A stretch of 64,000 bases of DNA from an uncultured Gammaproteobacteria bacterium (GTDB lineage: Bacteria; Patescibacteriota; Microgenomatia; UBA8517), in assembly GCA_964540475.1 (NCBI GenBank), contig CAZIMC010000001.1, positions 269,240 through 333,239 of the forward strand, in the 5' to 3' direction. This document shows positions 36,005 to 45,994 of the stretch, in pieces. A program made the position numbers and the translations under genes. The notes beneath the pieces were generated by a model. The model had not been told where the DNA came from. It saw only the letters and a program-made list of their open reading frames with translations, and searched no databases. The stretch's first letter is position 1, and every line of letters begins with the position of its first letter.

Positions 36005-37264
36005 TTACTCAACAAAAGTCAAAGCAACACCTCGTCGATTTGCCCTACCGGTCCTTCCGATTCTATGAATATAATCCTCATAGGTTTCAGGAAGATCGTA
36101 ATTTATAACATGTGTAACGTTATCAATATCAAGTCCTCTCGAAGCAACGTCTGTTGCCAATAAAACCTGGATGTTATTTTGCTTAAAGCTTTGTAGAGTC
36201 CTAAGTCTGTGGGCTTGTCTTTTGTTTCCATGAATCGCTCCAACCCTAAAACCTCTTTCAGTGAGTTGTCTTGTTAATCTTTCAATTCCATGTTTTGTTC
36301 TACCGAATATCATAACTTTGGTAAAACCGTCTTTGATAAGCAGCTGATGTAGCTGCTCAATCTTTTGTTCTTTATTAATTACTCTAACAACGTCTTGATC
36401 AACATTTTCAGAAGTCTCCTGTTTTTTGACAGAAACACGCACCGGTTCCTTAACAAAATTTTGCAAAATCCCCAAAACCTTTTCCGGGATAGTAGCCGAA
36501 AAGAAAAGTGACTGGCGTTTTTTGGGAAGCAAGCTTATAAAAAACTTGACCTCATGTATAAAACCGATATCAACCATTAAGTCGACTTCGTCCAATATAA
36601 AGATTGAAAATGTGTCCATTCTTACAATATTTCGTTCGATTAAATCCTTAAGTCTTCCGGGGGTCGCAATAACAATATCGGGGTTTCTTTTTAAGCCTTC
36701 CACTTGTCTTCCGAAACCTGCTCCCCCAATTACTAATGTAGAGAATAAATTAAACCCTCTAGAAAATTCCTTAAACTCCTCGTTAATTTGTGCTGCCAGC
36801 TCGCGTGTTGGCGCAATTACAATTGTGCGCTCATTGGGGTTTTTTAACATCTTATCTATAACAGGAATCAAAAAAGCAGCGGTTTTACCTGTTCCCGTGC
36901 TTGCAAGTCCAATCAAATCCCGCCCCTCCAGTATTGGAACAATGGCCTGATCTTGAATTGGAGTGGGGTTTTTATAGCCCTTTTTGGCAATGTTTTGCTT
37001 TAGACGGGCATCAATTGGCAAGTTATCAAAACTTATGTTGGGAGTATAAATGGATGTTTCTGGTACTTGGCTAGCTTTTTTAATGAAAATATCAACTTTG
37101 CCCTCGAGTTTGCTTCTGCCAAATCTTGACCGGCGATTTTCGCCACGATTACCGGTGCCAAAGTTTTTGCCACTGAAACGCTTGCCCCTGTGAGAGGGTC
37201 TGTTTGATCTATCAAACCGGCTATTGTTCCTTCCGGAACTAAACCTACGTGCATATTTATACAT
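36005..37264 (-). CDS. DEAD-box ATP-dependent RNA helicase with RG-rich N-terminal tail
   Basis: Q-motif region, Walker A ASTGTGKTAAF, DEVD, SAT, HRIGRTGR; N-terminal RG/RS-rich low-complexity extension. Confidence 0.88.
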   Translation of the reverse strand: MYKYARRFSSGRNNSRFDRSNRPSHRGKRFSGKNFGTGNRGENRRSRFGRSKLEGKVDIFIKKASQVPETSIYTPNISFDNLPIDARLKQNIAKKGYKNPTPIQDQAIVPILEGRDLIGLASTGTGKTAAFLIPVIDKMLKNPNERTIVIAPTRELAAQINEEFKEFSRGFNLFSTLVIGGAGFGRQVEGLKRNPDIVIATPGRLKDLIERNIVRMDTFSIFILDEVDLMVDIGFIHEVKFFISLLPKKRQSLFFSATIPEKVLGILQNFVKEPVRVSVKKQETSENVDQDVVRVINKEQKIEQLHQLLIKDGFTKVMIFGRTKHGIERLTRQLTERGFRVGAIHGNKRQAHRLRTLQSFKQNNIQVLLATDVASRGLDIDNVTHVINYDLPETYEDYIHRIGRTGRANRRGVALTFVE

Positions 37265-37650
37265 AGTATTTGGTTAACGCGAAACTTAATAATGTGTGGA
37301 TGGGATAGCCATTTCAAACACTCTAAGGAGCCGTGTCGAAATAGTGTATTCCTGATAGGGGTAACTTTTCTTAGAGCTCTTACGCAGTCAACAATTGTGA
37401 TTATACCACGGAGGCTTGATTAAACCTAATCTGGCCAAGCTAAGTGGTATTTAATGTGCTAATATGAAATATTGCTTTCCAATAAAACCACACAAGAGTT
37501 GATCGAAAGATTCTTAGAAAAAGGGGGCAAGATTAACGATTATTATTTAAGAAATACTAATCGGAGTAAGAGGTCCCTGGTCCATCTAAATGGCTGGTTT
37601 AGTGGTACCAATATTCGAGAAGCAATTCTTAAAGCATTCGGAAAATAGTT

Positions 37651-38226
37651 ATGACTGGAAGAACTCATGATTTGGCGGCATTTACCGCACTTACGTTAGT
37701 GGTTTCAGCCTACGATATTCCACAGATGAGCCTGGCTACAGGTATTGTTGCTCTTGGCGCATGTTTAATGGGTGGATTAACCCCGGATCTAGATGAGCCG
37801 GCGGCAGGCTTTTGGGGGAGACTCCCTGCAGGTTCCATAATAAGCCGGATTGTTAAGCCGTTTCTTGGCGGGCATAGAATGATTTCACATTCGCTGCTTG
37901 GCCTTTTAGTTATTGGTTATTTGGTTAACTTGTTATTGGATAAAATTGGGGCGGTGCTACTCGTGGATATGCAAATTGTCTGGTGGGCATTTATGATAGG
38001 CTACGTCTCCCATTTATTTATGGACCTTCTGACAAAAGAGGGAGTGCCGCTACTCTTTCCATTGCCGTTTAAGTTTGGTTTTCCACCTGTTAAAGCATGG
38101 CGGATTACAACAGGTAAAATGGCCGAAAAAGCGATAATCTTTCCCAGCCTTCTGATATTCGCAGGATACATTATTTATCAAAACTACGGAAAGTTCTTAA
38201 ATATACTTGATACGGTTACGAAATAA
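37651..38226 (+). CDS. Membrane-bound metal-dependent hydrolase (YdjM/DUF457 family)
   Basis: ...MISHSLLGLL... and ...YVSHLFMDLLTKEGVPLLFP... His motifs in TM helices, typical of the YdjM family. Confidence 0.6.
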   Translation: MTGRTHDLAAFTALTLVVSAYDIPQMSLATGIVALGACLMGGLTPDLDEPAAGFWGRLPAGSIISRIVKPFLGGHRMISHSLLGLLVIGYLVNLLLDKIGAVLLVDMQIVWWAFMIGYVSHLFMDLLTKEGVPLLFPLPFKFGFPPVKAWRITTGKMAEKAIIFPSLLIFAGYIIYQNYGKFLNILDTVTK

Positions 38227-38228
38227 TT

Positions 38229-38268
38229 CCCACAACAAACACACCGTCTGCCTAGTGTGTTTGTTGGG
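38229..38268. terminator. Long hairpin (cccacaacaaacacac / gtgtgtttgttggg, about 14 bp stem with a 2-nt bulge) between YdjM (+) and a minus-strand ORF
   Basis: Starts 3 nt after the YdjM stop. The minus-strand side is followed by the T-rich aattattt. Confidence 0.5.
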
Positions 38269-38280
38269 ACTGGCCTAGCG

Positions 38281-38523
38281 TTATATTTGCTCTGTGTCGT
38301 CACCAAATCCGCCCCTATCCTGCTCATCGATTGCTTCACCCGTATCCGGTGTATCCTCGTTTATATCTCTATCAATACGAGTTTTACCACCTTTCCTACC
38401 TTTTTCGGTAGTCGGGTCCATTTCGCCCTGATTTTGTCGATCTTCGCCAATGTTTTGATCCCAGTTTTCATTCATATTGTCATCCTGCATGCTTCTCACC
38501 CCCTTTCTACGCTTAATGATCAT
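38281..38523 (-). CDS. Hypothetical small acidic/hydrophilic protein
   Basis: 80 aa, D/E/N/Q-rich, no hydrophobic core; the antisense + ORF (38257..38544) looks less protein-like. Confidence 0.35.
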   Translation of the reverse strand: MIIKRRKGVRSMQDDNMNENWDQNIGEDRQNQGEMDPTTEKGRKGGKTRIDRDINEDTPDTGEAIDEQDRGGFGDDTEQI

Positions 38524-38628
38524 AAGCAGTATTATTCCGCTTAAGCGTTAACAAAAAGTTTCATTAAAGTTAGAAAGCCGTAAGAGTCTTGATAGCAATT
38601 CCAAAAGGAGTAAAATGACTTTTAAGCA

Positions 38629-39330
38629 ATGTCTGTAGAATTCGGCAGGCTAACCGATCGTTTATACATCTCACCTGAGGCAAGAACGATCATCCAAGTG
38701 CGTGATAATGCTCACTTTCAGACAATTGAGGTGGTCAATAATGAGGAGTTTGGAAGTGCGCCCTCTTTAATTTACACATTTCACCTGGATAGTATATGGG
38801 GAAAGATCCATATTTTCCCGGATTTCCGCTCCACCACCTTGCGTGCTGTTACTGTCGGTAGAAGTCTGGGTGCTTCGGGGGTGCATGACATTCAATTAAT
38901 ACTAGGGGATGAACGTGTAAAATATTATGCTTTTTTAACTAGCCCAAATCGTCCACCGGTTAAAACTGAAAAGGACCTTGGCAATGTTGATTGGGCTAAG
39001 TTAGGAGACGCCAAGAGACCAGAGTTTTATAAGGCAAGCACGAATATATGCAAAGATCCGGAAACGGGCCTTGCCTCATTCGCTTACAGAATTATTCCTG
39101 CCAGCAACTTCCCGCTTATTCAGATTTCTTTGACCGAAAGGTTTAGTAAAACGTCAACACTAAGTGTTGATATGGCATATGCAATGACCAGAGGTGTGTT
39201 TGACCATATTTATGGCGAAGGTGATAAGATTGTGGCAAGCGGAAGTTTGTCGGCAGAGGAAGAAGTTATATTTTCAGATGCCTTGCAGATTGCTTTTTCC
39301 AGGTATTTCCCCATGCACTTAAGATACTAG
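38629..39330 (+). CDS. Hypothetical protein, paralog 1 of a tandem pair
   Basis: 233 aa; shares ...ICKDPETGLASFAYRIIPAS..PLIQISLTERFSKTSTLSVDMAYAM... and C-terminal ..LQIAFSRYFP.. with the next gene. Confidence 0.5.
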   Translation: MSVEFGRLTDRLYISPEARTIIQVRDNAHFQTIEVVNNEEFGSAPSLIYTFHLDSIWGKIHIFPDFRSTTLRAVTVGRSLGASGVHDIQLILGDERVKYYAFLTSPNRPPVKTEKDLGNVDWAKLGDAKRPEFYKASTNICKDPETGLASFAYRIIPASNFPLIQISLTERFSKTSTLSVDMAYAMTRGVFDHIYGEGDKIVASGSLSAEEEVIFSDALQIAFSRYFPMHLRY

Positions 39331-39400
39331 CTTTTCTAACCCTAATATTAGTAAACAGATATACAGTTATTTAAGAGTTAGTAGTACAATACTCACAATT

Positions 39401-40108
39401 ATGAGCGCAGAAAGAGTTGTACCACTTGATAATTTCCCAACCCCTCACGACTACTTGGTTATATCAAGAGAAAGATATGCAATTACTCACCGAGTTGACG
39501 GGGTGCCATACCAGAGCTTAACCGTTTACAGAGACCCAGAAGCTAATGGTGCGCCTACATTAGGATATTTTTTCTGCATAGATGGTATGTGGGCTTCCAT
39601 GCAGCTATGTTATACGGAACTACCCTCGTTTTCAGTCGGAAGGCAGATGCCCGATGGGGAGCTAAGGGGTATTTGTTTTTTACGCAACGTAGAACGGCCA
39701 CAATATTTGCGTGTAAACGGTGCGGAAACGCAGACGTACGATTATCCTTGGTTGCCATGTCTTAATTGGAAACAACTTTGTGATAGAAATTGCGCTGGTA
39801 TCGGGCATACCTTAACTTTTATATGCAAAGATCCGGCCACCAATAACGCAGATTTTCTTTACAAGCTTTTACCTTCAGCCGGCTCTCCGGTTGTTCAGGT
39901 CTCGCAAGAAGCAACATTTACAGATGATCAAACTTTAACGCTTGATACTTCATACGTTGTTGGGACTAAAACCTTTAGAGATATTTTATTTAGAGCTGAA
40001 CAAATAATTAATTCAGAAGATGTGTTAGAAACCCAAGCGATCAACTTTTGCGAAGACCTGCAACTGGCGTTTTGCAGAAACCTTCCAATACCTGAGATTG
40101 ATGAGTAG
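39401..40108 (+). CDS. Hypothetical protein, paralog 2 of the tandem pair
   Basis: 235 aa; ...ICKDPATNNADFLYKLLPSAGSPVVQVSQEATFTDDQTLTLDTSYVV... and ..LQLAFCRNLP.. are colinear with paralog 1. Confidence 0.5.
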   Translation: MSAERVVPLDNFPTPHDYLVISRERYAITHRVDGVPYQSLTVYRDPEANGAPTLGYFFCIDGMWASMQLCYTELPSFSVGRQMPDGELRGICFLRNVERPQYLRVNGAETQTYDYPWLPCLNWKQLCDRNCAGIGHTLTFICKDPATNNADFLYKLLPSAGSPVVQVSQEATFTDDQTLTLDTSYVVGTKTFRDILFRAEQIINSEDVLETQAINFCEDLQLAFCRNLPIPEIDE

Positions 40109-40129
40109 AATTTTTATATTGAATTTGAT

Positions 40130-40729
40130 ATGAAACTTGGTAAGCTGTTGGTCGTAGTAGTACTTGGCTTAGTGCTTCTTTCGGCCTATTTGTTTAGTAG
40201 AGTTAGAACCCAAACTCAAACTCTTCCTTGGGAGGCAACCCCAAATCCTACTGAGACCAGAGATTGCATCCCGACATTTGCGGATGGCGGTGGGCCGTAC
40301 TACAAACCAAATTCCCCGTTCAGAGAAAAGATATCTGATCCTACTTCATCCGGCCAAGAGTTAATTGTTGAAGGAAAAGTTTTATTAAACGACTGCCAGA
40401 CAACAGTTCCTGATGCAGTAATTGACATCTGGCAGGCGGACGAAACAGGAGTTTATCCGGATGAGTGGTTCAGGGGGCAAATTCGGACAAATGAAAACGG
40501 GGAGTATCGATTTGAAACTGTAGTACCAAAAGGATATGGTTCAGGAACCGGCTTTCGTCCGCCGCATATTCATTTCAAGATTTTCATTGAAGGCCGCGAA
40601 ATAATTACCTCCCAAATGTTTTTCCCGGAGTCCCGCGGCCGAGCGGGCTTTTCGGATGCATATATTATGGATATTCAAGAAGAAGGAGAAAATCTGGGCG
40701 CTAAGCATGATATAATTCTGCCAATTTAA
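40130..40729 (+). CDS. Intradiol ring-cleavage dioxygenase-like protein (dioxygenase_C fold), secreted
   Basis: N-terminal TM/signal; ...GKVLLNDCQTTVPDAVIDIWQADETGVY... and ...RPPHIHFKI... are the conserved dioxygenase_C blocks. Confidence 0.6.
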   Translation: MKLGKLLVVVVLGLVLLSAYLFSRVRTQTQTLPWEATPNPTETRDCIPTFADGGGPYYKPNSPFREKISDPTSSGQELIVEGKVLLNDCQTTVPDAVIDIWQADETGVYPDEWFRGQIRTNENGEYRFETVVPKGYGSGTGFRPPHIHFKIFIEGREIITSQMFFPESRGRAGFSDAYIMDIQEEGENLGAKHDIILPI

Positions 40730-40776
40730 CTTGACCTGTTGCGTGTTTGTTTTTCTCGATTTTATAAGATTTAACT

Positions 40777-41100
40777 ATGTCTAAAGAAAGCTTGATTCCA
40801 GAAGGTGAAACACCAGCCACGATGTTTCGCAAGTTGACAGGATCAAAGGAAATAGTCCTGACGGACGAAATGATTGATGTTCACTGGTATATTCTGAGAC
40901 AAAGAGGAAAAATGGAGTTTAGGGAGAAAATTTTAGAGATTCGGGAAATATTGTCACATATCTCACCTCGTGATCGATGGGAGAAAATTCCAGTAGACAC
41001 ACGAAGGAAAGTGGCTGCCACTATTTTTGTGCTTGTAGCTTCTGGTGTCACATCCGTGGTCGTAACCGAAGCGCTTATGCCCTATTTTGGTGTAAAGTAA
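40777..41100 (+). CDS. Hypothetical protein (C-terminal TM)
   Basis: ORF only. Confidence 0.35.
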   Translation: MSKESLIPEGETPATMFRKLTGSKEIVLTDEMIDVHWYILRQRGKMEFREKILEIREILSHISPRDRWEKIPVDTRRKVAATIFVLVASGVTSVVVTEALMPYFGVK

Positions 41101-41102
41101 AA

Positions 41103-42071
41103 TTACGGCATATAAGTGCCATTAGTGTCGTAAAGTGCTTGTATTTTTTCTTTAGATACCACTTTCTCTCCCATTACAAGCTCTCTTACGAAGCCAGGCC
41201 TTTTCCTTCCGTCATATTCGTCAGAAACAAAATTAGTGAAATTAACCTGGTGATTTGTATCGGTTGCACTTCCAAAAGCCACTCTTAATAGTATTGGAGT
41301 TGTTCCTTTAACGAATGCTGAACGCGGGTACTGCTTAACCGCTTCCAGTAGTCCAGGTAGAGTTAGGCCCCGTCCTTTTGTGTCCATTATTTTGTACCTT
41401 AATTTTAAGTTTGTAAGCGGTGTAAATTTAAAATCCAATCTAAAATTATTACTGCTATAAACTGTCGCATCTGTCGAGGGTGACTGGAACTGGGGGTGGG
41501 TTGTAAATTGTAAATCTGGATTAAAATAATTAGGTATATCGTTGTTTGGGTGCGTGTTCCATTCAACAATTTTAACAGGGGATAAGGAGGCAGCGCGGGC
41601 AAAGCAGGTTGCAGTAAGGGATAAGCCTTGTGCTTCTGCGGGATAAATAAACGGGGGAAATCTCCTTGAAAGAACTCCGGCAATATAGCCTGCGTTTGGA
41701 TTAAAATTATTATCATAATTATTGTCAAGCTGGAGTAAATTGATAAGCGAATATTCCTTTCCTTCTTCCAATTCCATTCCGTCTAATTTTTGTGATGCAA
41801 TCAGATTATTAACTACAACCCAAATACGGGAGTACGGCCAAAGTGCAAAGTACTCAGATCGTGTTTTGCCAAGCTCTCCCAGCTCCAAGTCATTTGCTTT
41901 TATCTCGCTTAGAACATTTTGGTTCACCTCAACTTTTGATGGAGTGTTAAGAAAATCAATAACCTTACTGCCGCCAGCAACTAGCCCAGCTGATACACCT
42001 GCAAGTGCGAGGAATTTCCTTCGGGACATTCCAGGACGGTGGGAGACTGTAGAATCCAGGACTTGGTCCAT
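41103..42071 (-). CDS. Secreted hypothetical protein with twin-arginine (Tat) signal peptide
   Basis: N-terminal SRRKFLALAGVSAGLVAG (Tat motif S/T-RR-x-F-L); remainder N/T-rich, no catalytic motif. Confidence 0.5.
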   Translation of the reverse strand: MDQVLDSTVSHRPGMSRRKFLALAGVSAGLVAGGSKVIDFLNTPSKVEVNQNVLSEIKANDLELGELGKTRSEYFALWPYSRIWVVVNNLIASQKLDGMELEEGKEYSLINLLQLDNNYDNNFNPNAGYIAGVLSRRFPPFIYPAEAQGLSLTATCFARAASLSPVKIVEWNTHPNNDIPNYFNPDLQFTTHPQFQSPSTDATVYSSNNFRLDFKFTPLTNLKLRYKIMDTKGRGLTLPGLLEAVKQYPRSAFVKGTTPILLRVAFGSATDTNHQVNFTNFVSDEYDGRKRPGFVRELVMGEKVVSKEKIQALYDTNGTYMP

Positions 42072-42107
42072 TAAACCAATTTATCAATTATTTCCCAGTC
42101 AAGCAAT

Positions 42108-43214
42108 TTGGGGTACTATTGTTATAGTATGGCAGTTGTTAAATTTACCAAATACTCCGTGCTTTTAACGATTGCATTTATGCTCTTGGGGGCATTTACT
42201 TATTCGCTTCACACTCGGCTTGTAAATGTTGAAAGGCGCTTCGGGGGAATTGAAAAATTAAAATGTAATGAGGAGGATGTCAGAAAACTAATGCAAGAAA
42301 GTGTTGTCAGGGTAATCGGGGCGTACGGGGAAGGTTCCGGTTTTCCAATATCAGAAAAAGAAATCTTAACAAATTTCCATGTAATTGACGGTGAGCCAAC
42401 CCCAAAGGTTGTCTTTTCGGACGGAACATTTGAGACAGTTAAAAGAATACGGGGAAGTAAGAAAAAAGACGTTGCCATTTTGGAGGTTGAAAGAGCCCTT
42501 ACGCCACTTTCGTTTTATGGATTCTACGGGAATGCTCTTCTTTCCGCGGACCCCACCTTTGGTGAACCAATCTATACCGCCGGGTTCCCCCTCGGGTCAG
42601 ATTTGGTAGGTGATGTAACCGTTAAAAAAGGTTCGTACGGCGGAAAAAGATACTTAAAAGAGCTGGATATGACAGTGGTTCAGACGGAAATTAGCTTAAA
42701 TGGCGGAATGAGTGGAGGGCCGTTGGTTAATTCCTGCGGGCAAGTCCTGGGGGTTAACTTGTCAGGCCTTTCCGGCCTCTCGCTTTTCCTTGATATGGTC
42801 AGTGTTCAGAACTCATTTGGCGATTATACAACCGATGATGTAGCAAAAATTACAATAGATTTATCCTCTCCGGAAGGAACTGTAGAAGCTTTTTATACAC
42901 ATATAAGAGCAAGGGATTTAAAAAACGCATACGAGTTAATTTCCAGTGAGAGAAAAGCCACAATTCAATCATTTGAACAGTGGACCGAAGGTTACAACCA
43001 GACATTACACGTTGAGCTTTTGTCAGCAATTCCGGATGAAGAAGACGAGAATTTAATTTTTGTTAAGTTAGTTTCTCAAGATTGGGTTAACGGCGAGCTT
43101 GTTTTTAAATACTTTGAAGGAACATGGCAAGTGGTTAAAGAAGACAGCTTATATAAATTAAACCAAAGCAATATCAAGGAAATTGCGGAACCCTCCTGGG
43201 AGTGGTTTAGATAG
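42108..43214 (+). CDS. Trypsin-like serine protease (S1 family), membrane-anchored, with C-terminal extra domain
   Basis: Catalytic triad context: ...TNFHVI... (His), ...DVAILEV... (Asp), ...GGMSGGPLV... (Ser). Confidence 0.75.
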   Translation: MGYYCYSMAVVKFTKYSVLLTIAFMLLGAFTYSLHTRLVNVERRFGGIEKLKCNEEDVRKLMQESVVRVIGAYGEGSGFPISEKEILTNFHVIDGEPTPKVVFSDGTFETVKRIRGSKKKDVAILEVERALTPLSFYGFYGNALLSADPTFGEPIYTAGFPLGSDLVGDVTVKKGSYGGKRYLKELDMTVVQTEISLNGGMSGGPLVNSCGQVLGVNLSGLSGLSLFLDMVSVQNSFGDYTTDDVAKITIDLSSPEGTVEAFYTHIRARDLKNAYELISSERKATIQSFEQWTEGYNQTLHVELLSAIPDEEDENLIFVKLVSQDWVNGELVFKYFEGTWQVVKEDSLYKLNQSNIKEIAEPSWEWFR

Positions 43215-43245
43215 TTACGCAATTGTGGCAATTGGTGTCTTTGTG

Positions 43246-43653
43246 CTAGCCTTCCAAACTTTTTCTTGCCATTACCAGTTTGTAGTTTTCAATGACCTTT
43301 TTATTATATTTAATGTATGTAGTTAATACCCGTTTCATCAATTCCCTCTCTTTAGCAACCTCAAATTTTGCAACTGTTTCTCGTATATCTTCCTCGTCTA
43401 TCATTAGCTTGCCGTAATAATGCTGGTTCACATACCGCACGGCATATTTTAGGGGAACTCTGGCAAGCCATTCCTGTCGAGACTCATTTTTCGATTTTAC
43501 CGGAGCCGGATCAATGAGATTTAAAAACTTAAACCAGTAACTCCTAATTTTCTTTTTCATTAAGTTTAATATTACCTCTGAGCAAGGCAATAATCTATCA
43601 AACCCAAGCAATTTGGGGTAAAATACGGTCAGAATGGCCAATAAAAATCTCAC
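43246..43653 (-). CDS. Hypothetical protein (likely start at internal Met 43560, MKKKIRSYW...)
   Basis: ORF only; divergent from the methyltransferase operon. The long form would overlap the MTase start by 20 nt. Confidence 0.35.
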   Translation of the reverse strand: MRFLLAILTVFYPKLLGFDRLLPCSEVILNLMKKKIRSYWFKFLNLIDPAPVKSKNESRQEWLARVPLKYAVRYVNQHYYGKLMIDEEDIRETVAKFEVAKERELMKRVLTTYIKYNKKVIENYKLVMARKSLEG

Positions 43654-44770
43654 AAACGCAAAACGGGTAAAGAACGACGAGTTTTATACCCAGTTTCCTG
43701 ATATCCAAAAAGAAATGGAAGCGTATTTGGAATATAACCCAGATACGTTTCGAGGTAAGGTGGTCTACTGCAACTGCGATGATCCTTTTGAGAGCAATTT
43801 TTTTAGATATTTTGCGCTTAATTTCAAACGTCTCAAGTTAAAAAAACTAATCACAACAAGCTATAAAGGCTCGCCAGTTGCCTTCACTCAGTCTGCCATT
43901 CCTGGAACGGGAGTCACTGATCAAGAAGCTGCAAGACCAAAGGGTCGTTCTACTAAAGCTGTGGCGTATGAAATAACAACTGTTGGGGATTTTAATAATG
44001 ACGGAGAGTTTAACAGTGAAGATATTAATTATCTTCTTACTCATCCTCAAAATTTATCAAAAGAACTGCATGGAAATAGCATTTACTCCGCTGGAGATTT
44101 CAGAAGCGATGAATGCATATTACTCTTGAAGCAGTCAGACATTGTGGTTACCAACCCACCATTTAGTCTTTTTAGAGAGTATGTTAAACAACTGTTTGAA
44201 CACAACAAAAAGTTTTCAATAATTGCCAGTTTAAATGCCATTACATATAAAGAACTATTTCCACTTATAAAAGAAAATAAAATGTGGCTGGGTAGAGGTT
44301 TTAATGCAGGTAACGCTTATTTTTTGACACCAAACGTCAGAGATTTTGCATTAGGTGTTTATGATGAGAAAACGGGACTTGTGAAGTTTCGCAACTGTCA
44401 CTGGTTTACAAATTTGGATCACGGAAAGCGACATACTCCATTAAGATTGTCTACAATGGAAGATAACCTAAAGTTCAGAGACGATAAACTAAGAGCGAAA
44501 AATGCTTATGAAAAATACGACAACTATGACGCCATAGAAGTGCCATTTACCGATGCCATACCAAGTAATTATTCTGGAGTAATGGGTGTACCAATCAGTT
44601 TTTTAGATAAATACAACCCCGAGCAGTTTGGGATAATTGGTGGTACCGCAAACGGTTTAGTGCCTGTGGAGTTTAAAATTGGGGATTTCAAGGTGTATAA
44701 CAATCCTATTATAGGCAATAGAAAAGTATTTCAACGGATTCTTATAAAACACAAAAACCCAAAATCATGA
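43634..44770 (+). CDS. DNA N6-adenine methyltransferase, EcoRI-methylase-like family
   Basis: N-terminal ...KNDEFYT... and catalytic motif IV NPPF (VVTNPPFSL), characteristic of the M.EcoRI-like family. Confidence 0.65.
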   Translation: MANKNLTNAKRVKNDEFYTQFPDIQKEMEAYLEYNPDTFRGKVVYCNCDDPFESNFFRYFALNFKRLKLKKLITTSYKGSPVAFTQSAIPGTGVTDQEAARPKGRSTKAVAYEITTVGDFNNDGEFNSEDINYLLTHPQNLSKELHGNSIYSAGDFRSDECILLLKQSDIVVTNPPFSLFREYVKQLFEHNKKFSIIASLNAITYKELFPLIKENKMWLGRGFNAGNAYFLTPNVRDFALGVYDEKTGLVKFRNCHWFTNLDHGKRHTPLRLSTMEDNLKFRDDKLRAKNAYEKYDNYDAIEVPFTDAIPSNYSGVMGVPISFLDKYNPEQFGIIGGTANGLVPVEFKIGDFKVYNNPIIGNRKVFQRILIKHKNPKS

Positions 44771-45936
44771 AAACTACACTTTGGACAAATACTACAGTGC
44801 GAGAAGTGGTTGACGGCTTCGAGTATAACGAGCTTGAGGGAAAGGGTTTGTTCGGGCTTACAGGCAAACTTACCATCCAGCCGGAATACCAACGTAATTA
44901 TATTTATGCCAGTGACGGTGGGAAGCGCGAGCAGGCAGTTATAGAATCTCTTCTTAAAGGCTACCCAATTGGACTTATTTATATTAATAAATTAAAAACA
45001 GATAAGTACGAAGTTTTAGATGGCCAACAACGCATAACGAGTATCGGCAGGTTTGTAACTAACAAGTTTGCCATTAAGGATGAATACGAACATGAGCAGT
45101 ATTTTAGCGGCATGGCAGAAGATAAACAGGCAAAAATTATGGAAGCAAAACTGTTGATCTATGAGTGCATGGGAACGGAAAGTGAAATAAAAGAATGGTT
45201 TAAGACAATTAACATTGCAGGCGTGCCGCTCAATGAACAGGAACTGTTAAATGCCGTTTATTCGGGTCCGTTTGTAACTAAGGCCAAAGAAGAGTTCAGC
45301 AATAGCCAAAATTCACATATTTATAAATGGGGGTCATATATTAATGGTGTAGCTAATAGGCAAGACTTTTTGGCAACTGCTATTGAGTGGGTAAGCCGCG
45401 GAGAAGTGGGAGAATACATGAGTCGTCACCGCTATGATGACAATATTGAGGAGCTTATAACACATTTCAACACTGTAATTGACTGGGTTTCTGGCGTGTT
45501 TGCCGACGTCGAAAAAGAAATGAGGGGACTGCCGTGGGGAAGATTATATGATGAGTATCATAAAAAATTTTACGATCCGGAAAAAGTATCTGAGCAAGTG
45601 CAACATCTTTATGGCGACCCCTATGTCAAAAACCGCAGGGGTATTTTTGAGTATGTACTGGGTGATTCGAAAGACACCAAATTACTTGAAGTGCGAGTGT
45701 TTGACGATGCTACTAAAAGAGTCGTATACGAAAAGCAAACAAAGATGGCCAATGCCAAAGGGGTAAGTAATTGCCCATATTGTGCTATAGGAAATGATGC
45801 GAACAAGACAAAGGTGTGGCAGATTTTTGAAATGGATGCCGACCATGTTGCGGCTTGGAGCAAGGGTGGCGAGACAAACATAGAAAATTGCCAAATGCTT
45901 TGCAAGACACACAATCGCGTAAAAGGAAACCGATAA
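44767..45936 (+). CDS. DUF262 (ParB-like nuclease/NTPase, DGQQR motif) + C-terminal HNH endonuclease fusion
   Basis: ...[12 protein letters not shown]... DUF262 signature; C-terminal ...CPYCA...[27 protein letters not shown]... HNH (His-Me finger). ATGA overlap with the MTase stop. Confidence 0.65.
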   Translation: MKTTLWTNTTVREVVDGFEYNELEGKGLFGLTGKLTIQPEYQRNYIYASDGGKREQAVIESLLKGYPIGLIYINKLKTDKYEVLDGQQRITSIGRFVTNKFAIKDEYEHEQYFSGMAEDKQAKIMEAKLLIYECMGTESEIKEWFKTINIAGVPLNEQELLNAVYSGPFVTKAKEEFSNSQNSHIYKWGSYINGVANRQDFLATAIEWVSRGEVGEYMSRHRYDDNIEELITHFNTVIDWVSGVFADVEKEMRGLPWGRLYDEYHKKFYDPEKVSEQVQHLYGDPYVKNRRGIFEYVLGDSKDTKLLEVRVFDDATKRVVYEKQTKMANAKGVSNCPYCAIGNDANKTKVWQIFEMDADHVAAWSKGGETNIENCQMLCKTHNRVKGNR

Positions 45937-45994
45937 CATACAGAAAACAAGATAGCTAAAGTCAATTAGAATAGGAAAATTAAACAATAATTTT

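Noticed and set aside
36426-36950. 174-aa plus-strand ORF
   Set aside because: Antisense within the DEAD-box helicase gene; Ser/Ile-rich shadow ORF.
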